Below, one piece after another: positions 59,501 to 64,000 of a DNA stretch of 64,000 bases. The notes under the pieces were generated by a model. That model saw only the letters and a program-made list of their open reading frames with translations. It was not told the origin of the DNA and ran no database searches. The DNA comes from Selaginella moellendorffii (taxonomy: Eukaryota; Plantae; Lycopodiophyta), in assembly GCF_000143415.4 (NCBI RefSeq), contig NW_003314314.1:194318-258317 (forward strand). Reading direction: 5' to 3'. Positions within the stretch are counted from its first letter, which is position 1. Each line of letters opens with the position of its first letter. The position numbers and the translations under genes were made by a program.

Positions 59501-62029
59501 TGATACTAAAGGAGCTACAATTTGTGTGTCGCTGCAGCTTGCTTCTTCTGTTTAACAACACGGATGAAATGAATGGAAGAGGAAAAAAAGAATGACTCTA
59601 CGTACCCTCAGTTCACATTTCTCGATTGTAAAGGTGGCCATTGAACCTCTGAATCGCTTTGCACCAGCTTCCACGTTCCATGAAACTCGTCCGATCTTCT
59701 GTCTTTATGACTGTTGCTTCGTCTTAGAGTTCACTCCAGCTCTTGTAGTCTCCGCATGTCAGGGGCGAACATCAGCCGTTTTTCAGTCTTTGTGAAGCCG
59801 AACCTCTGGCTCCACCGCCACAAGCAGTTTCTTCGAGTTTGAGATCATCTTGCCATCATCATCTTCTATCATCCAAGCACCTGTAAGAGCGATCCTGGAC
59901 AGCATTGAAGCTCTTGTCCCGTTTCCGTCAACTAGAGAGCTTTGTCTTGATCCGTCTTGGCATCTCATCTTCTCCTTCATCTCGCCGCCGACGTGATGGA
60001 CTCTTCTCCACTCGGCTGGCTGACTGCTCCGATCTCGGGCACTGTCTTGGCGAGCTCCGCTTGAGAAGCCCAGATCTTGACAAAATTATCTGCTATCTCC
60101 CGATTGATCAAGATATCTCCGAAACTTTGGAGTCAAGGGAGGATATCTCCTCGACGAGGTTGATCTTCTCTTGACTTAGAAGTGTGGAGACTGGTCTCTG
60201 GCGCTTTGGAGGCTTGCTACTGCTTCCCTGTGCTGCTCGAGCTGTCAGTACTTGGCTTGCACCTCTGTTCTGGATTTGACTCTCGAGAGCTGGTTACTTC
60301 TTGAACTTCCATTCTCGTTTCTTCAACGTGCTTAGAACCTCTGCCAGTTAGGGAATGCTTCCGCCACTTCAGGCCTTGATCGTGCTGAGAAGCTTGAGCG
60401 GAAGCATGCAAAAACACAGCTTCCTGCGAAGCCAGATGCTCCTTCTTGTCGCATGTAGCGTCCATCTGATCCGTCAAACCTCTGGAGCTCGGCGCTCCAT
60501 GCGCTCTCACATCGGTTCTCCTCGGCTTGTCTTCATCCTTCAGAGCTCCTCACCCAAAGCTTTGCTTTGCATCTGGCACGTCTCTCTCTCCTCCAGCGCC
60601 TCGAGTCCCGTGATCCTCTCCATCAGCTGCCAGTTACTTGCTTCTCCAGCCTTGCCTTTGCGCTTCCAAACTCCGCCATCACGTGCTCTCGCCGAGAGCT
60701 CCACCTCGTGCAGCGGATTCGACTCCGTCAGCCATTATCCCCTGGGGCTTCTCCTTCAAGAACTCCTGTCCGAACACTTCCCTCATTCCACCAGATGACA
60801 GAGAACGTCTAGCGTAGTCTGTCTTATAGTCTCCGCAGCCATCCGAAACCCCAGTCACGAGCAGCTTCAGCTATATCGTCTTCTCGCCATCTTGCAGCCA
60901 TCTGACACTGGTCTACGTCGTTCCTCGCTACTATCATGGACAGCCTTACCGCAGCAGGCGCTCCTGAATCATCTCCGTCCACTGGAAAGCCGATAAGATA
61001 GATCCCTCCTTGCTCCAGACACTGTAGAGTGTAGCCGAACTTGATCCATTGATCTTCTCTTGACTTAGAAGAGTGTGGAGGCGGGTCTCTAGCCTGTTTA
61101 GATGCCGAAGTTTGATGGACTCTGCTGCACTTCCAGCCGACTGCTCCGCCTGGAGCCTCGTCAACCGCCGCTTTCGACTCTCCATCTCGGCCACCATCTT
61201 CCGAAACTTTCAATTCCAGTCGTTGATCTTCCTTCGACTTAGAGTGTGGAGACTGGTCTCTAGCTCAGACTTGACGCTTTAGTGACCTGCTACTGTGGTG
61301 CTCGACTTGCTTGGATATTTGGCCACAGCTCCGAGTTTTCCCGCTCCAACTTTTGGATTTGATTTCCCTTGAAGCAATCTGACACTGAGTTCTTTGCTGA
61401 TACTTTCATCCAAGCAGCTGTACGAGCATTCCTGGACAGCCCTGACCCGTTTTCAAAGTCTCCGTCAACTAGAGAGCTCTACCAGATGACAGAGAACGTC
61501 GAGCGTAGTCTGTCTTATAGTCTCTGCAGCCCTCTCTGTGAATCCAAATACCCCACTGTCACGAGCAGCTTCAGCTATATCATATTCTCACTATCACCAT
61601 CTCGTTGCAGTCGTTCCCTTGCTACTATTCCTTCAAGCTGTGAACATTATACTGCAGCAGTATCTCCTGTCTCATCTCCGTCGACTGGAAAGCTGATAAG
61701 ATAGATCCCTCCTTGCTCCAGACACTGTAGAGTGTAATCAAACTTGATCCATTGATCTTCTCTTGACTTAGAAGAGTGTGGAGGCTGGTTGCTGGCCTGT
61801 TTAGACGCCTGAAGTGTGATAGACTTCTCCGCCTGGAGCCCTGAGACACAGTCGTCACGCACTGCTTTCACGTCTTGGACAGTTGCAAATCTTTGGAGTC
61901 AGTCCTCGAGAAGGTCGATCTTCTCTCGACTTAACTGGTCTATAGCTTTAGTGGCCTCCTCCTGTGCTGCTCAACTTGCTTGGAGATCCAACTTCTGGAT
62001 TTGACTCTTGAGAGTTGGCTTCTCCGATG

Positions 62030-63775
62030 CTAGAGTCCGAGCACTGGCCTCCAGTTGACCAATCCTTGCAGCCAACTTCTCGAGCTCGGAGCCAACTTCA
62101 TTTCTCGTTTCTTCGACGTGCTTAGAACAGTTTGCTCGTGTTCTCTTCTCAGGTAAACCCAGGGTCTAGTCGTCTTAGAGTTCGCTCCAGCCCGGCCGAT
62201 CATCTTCTCCCCATCATGGTTCTGACAAAACAAACACTCATCGTTCACTTCAGCTCTCTACAACAAACACGGAAGTTATTAGCAAACGGCCATCTGGAAT
62301 CTGGAAGGTATATCAAACTTACCTGTCTCCTCTTGAATTCGGCAACAAAATCTCTCCCCGCACGATCATATAGTTCTTTTGCCTCCTTCACGAAGACCAC
62401 CTCGCCGGACTGAAGCTTCTTCCACGGTTTCCTCTCACTCGGGATCCTATCCAGCATTTTCTGGAGCCTCATCATCTTCCGCGCTCGCTTGATCCTCTCT
62501 CGGTCGCTGGATTTGCCGTTGAGCTCCTCGTAAAGCTGCTCGGTGAGTCTGATCAGAATCCGGAGCGCGCTAACACTCCAAGACTTTTCCTCGTGCTTCT
62601 CCTCTTCTNNNNNNNNNNNNNNNNNNNNNNNNNNNNNNNNNNNNNNNNNNNNNNNNNNNNNNNNNNNNNNNNNNNNNNNNNNNNNNNNNNNNNNNNNNNN
62701 NNNNNNNNNNNNNNNNNNNNNNNNNNNNNNNNNNNNNNNNNNNNNNNNNNNNNNNNNNNNNNNNNNNNNNNNNNNNNNNNNNNNNNNNNNNNNNNNNNNN
62801 NNNNNNNNNNNNNNNNNNNNNNNNNNNNNNNNNNNNNNNNNNNNNNNNNNNNNNNNNNNNNNNNNNNNNNNNNNNNNNNNNNNNNNNNNNNNNNNNNNNN
62901 NNNNNNNNNNNNNNNNNNNNNNNNNNNNNNNNNNNNNNNNNNNNNNNNNNNNNNNNNNNNNNNNNNNNNNNNNNNNNNNNNNNNNNNNNNNNNNNNNNNN
63001 NNNNNNNNNNNNNNNNNNNNNNNNNNNNNNNNNNNNNNNNNNNNNNNNNNNNNNNNNNNNNNNNNNNNNNNNNNNNNNNNNNNTCTTGTTCCAGCTGCTG
63101 CTTCATCGGCTTCATCCGCTGCTCCTCCTCCTGTTCCTGCTCTTGCTTCATCGGCTTGATCGGCTTGATCGGCTGATTCGGCTGATTCTTCTCCTCTCGT
63201 TCCAGCTGCGGCTGCTCCTTGTGACCTTGCTCCTGTTTCACCTCGCGCCTGAGTTCCTTCGTCTCATGGGCTTCTTTCTCCTGCTCCTCCTCGCTCAGCT
63301 GCTCAGCTTTCTTCTCTTGCTCCTCCTCCTTCAGCTGCTTCTCGGCTTCGTTTTCCTCCTCTTGTTCCAGCTTCATCGGCTTCATCTGATCGGCTTCTTT
63401 CTCCTCCTCGTTCACCTGCTCGGCTTTCTTCTCTTCCTTCAGCTGCTCCGCTTTCTTCTCTTGATTCTCCTCTTCGTCCTCCTTCTCTTGTTCCGGCTTG
63501 ATCGGCTTGATCGGCTCCTTGTGCCCTCGCTCCTGTCGTATCGCTTCTAAGACGATTTTCACCTCGCGCCTGAGTTCCTTCAACTTCAAGGCGGCGGCGT
63601 CCATGGCTTCTCCCGAGACGGCCTCACAGACACGATCTTGGACCTTCAGCTTCAAGGCCGCCGCGTCCATGGCTTCCGGGTGGACCTTGTTGTCGCCCTT
63701 GTGCGCCTTTTTTGGTCGAAAGAGAGACCACAAACCTGTGACGCATCCACTGCGCTCCTGCTCTGTTCGCGCCAT
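62030..63775 (-). CDS. Second copy of the Glu/Lys-rich orphan gene (spans the assembly gap)
   Basis: Near-identical to 30390-32115; 12-bp indel (KVQD). Confidence 0.55.
62609..63083. other. Assembly gap (475 N)
   Basis: N run; same length as the paralogous span 30961-31435. Confidence 0.99.
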
Positions 63776-64000
63776 AGCTTGCCCTTTGCAAAATGCCTTT
63801 AATGCCCTAACCCTTACTAAATGTATTTCACATTAATGTATAAATTAGTAATTGCCTAGCATATGCTATCCGGTTTGCAAACACTTTATAGTTTTTAAAA
63901 ATTAAGTTGGAATAGTATCAAAATAGCAATTGTTGTGTTTGAGGAAGTAACTATAAACATGTAGGAAACTATCAGATCCCAGAAGCTATCTATATAACTA

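Larger units (their letters stand above)
54665..64000. repeat. Segmental duplication, copy 2, with an extra AT-rich segment at about 56820-57700
   Basis: Colinear with 23700-32340. Confidence 0.92.

Overview
Eukaryotic, TE-dense plant DNA. It is probably a lycophyte such as Selaginella; this is inferred from 47-70 bp introns, a Tcn1/Tf1-type chromovirus and a TatI-like element. Contents in order: (1) a near-intact Ty3/Gypsy chromovirus (401-6001) with 387-bp LTRs, GTGGC TSD, a self-priming PBS and a -1 frameshift signal. (2) An 11.7-kb Mutator-like DNA transposon (7325-19063, GTGAATAA TSD) with a GCM-like/DDE/SWIM transposase. It also carries a divergent 10-exon gene for a ParB-like plus beta-class amino (N6A/N4C) DNA methyltransferase-like protein, two paralogous zf-XS-like small genes, and palindromic and tandem arrays. 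This is the most unusual system in the window. (3) Old degenerate Gypsy remnants and a three-level nest of LTR elements (39-54 kb), including a Tat-like pol with an extra RNase H before RT. (4) A segmental duplication (about 23.7-32.3 kb vs 54.7-64 kb) containing a Glu/Lys-rich orphan gene; the second copy has a 475-N gap. All calls were made by eye; no database searches were run.
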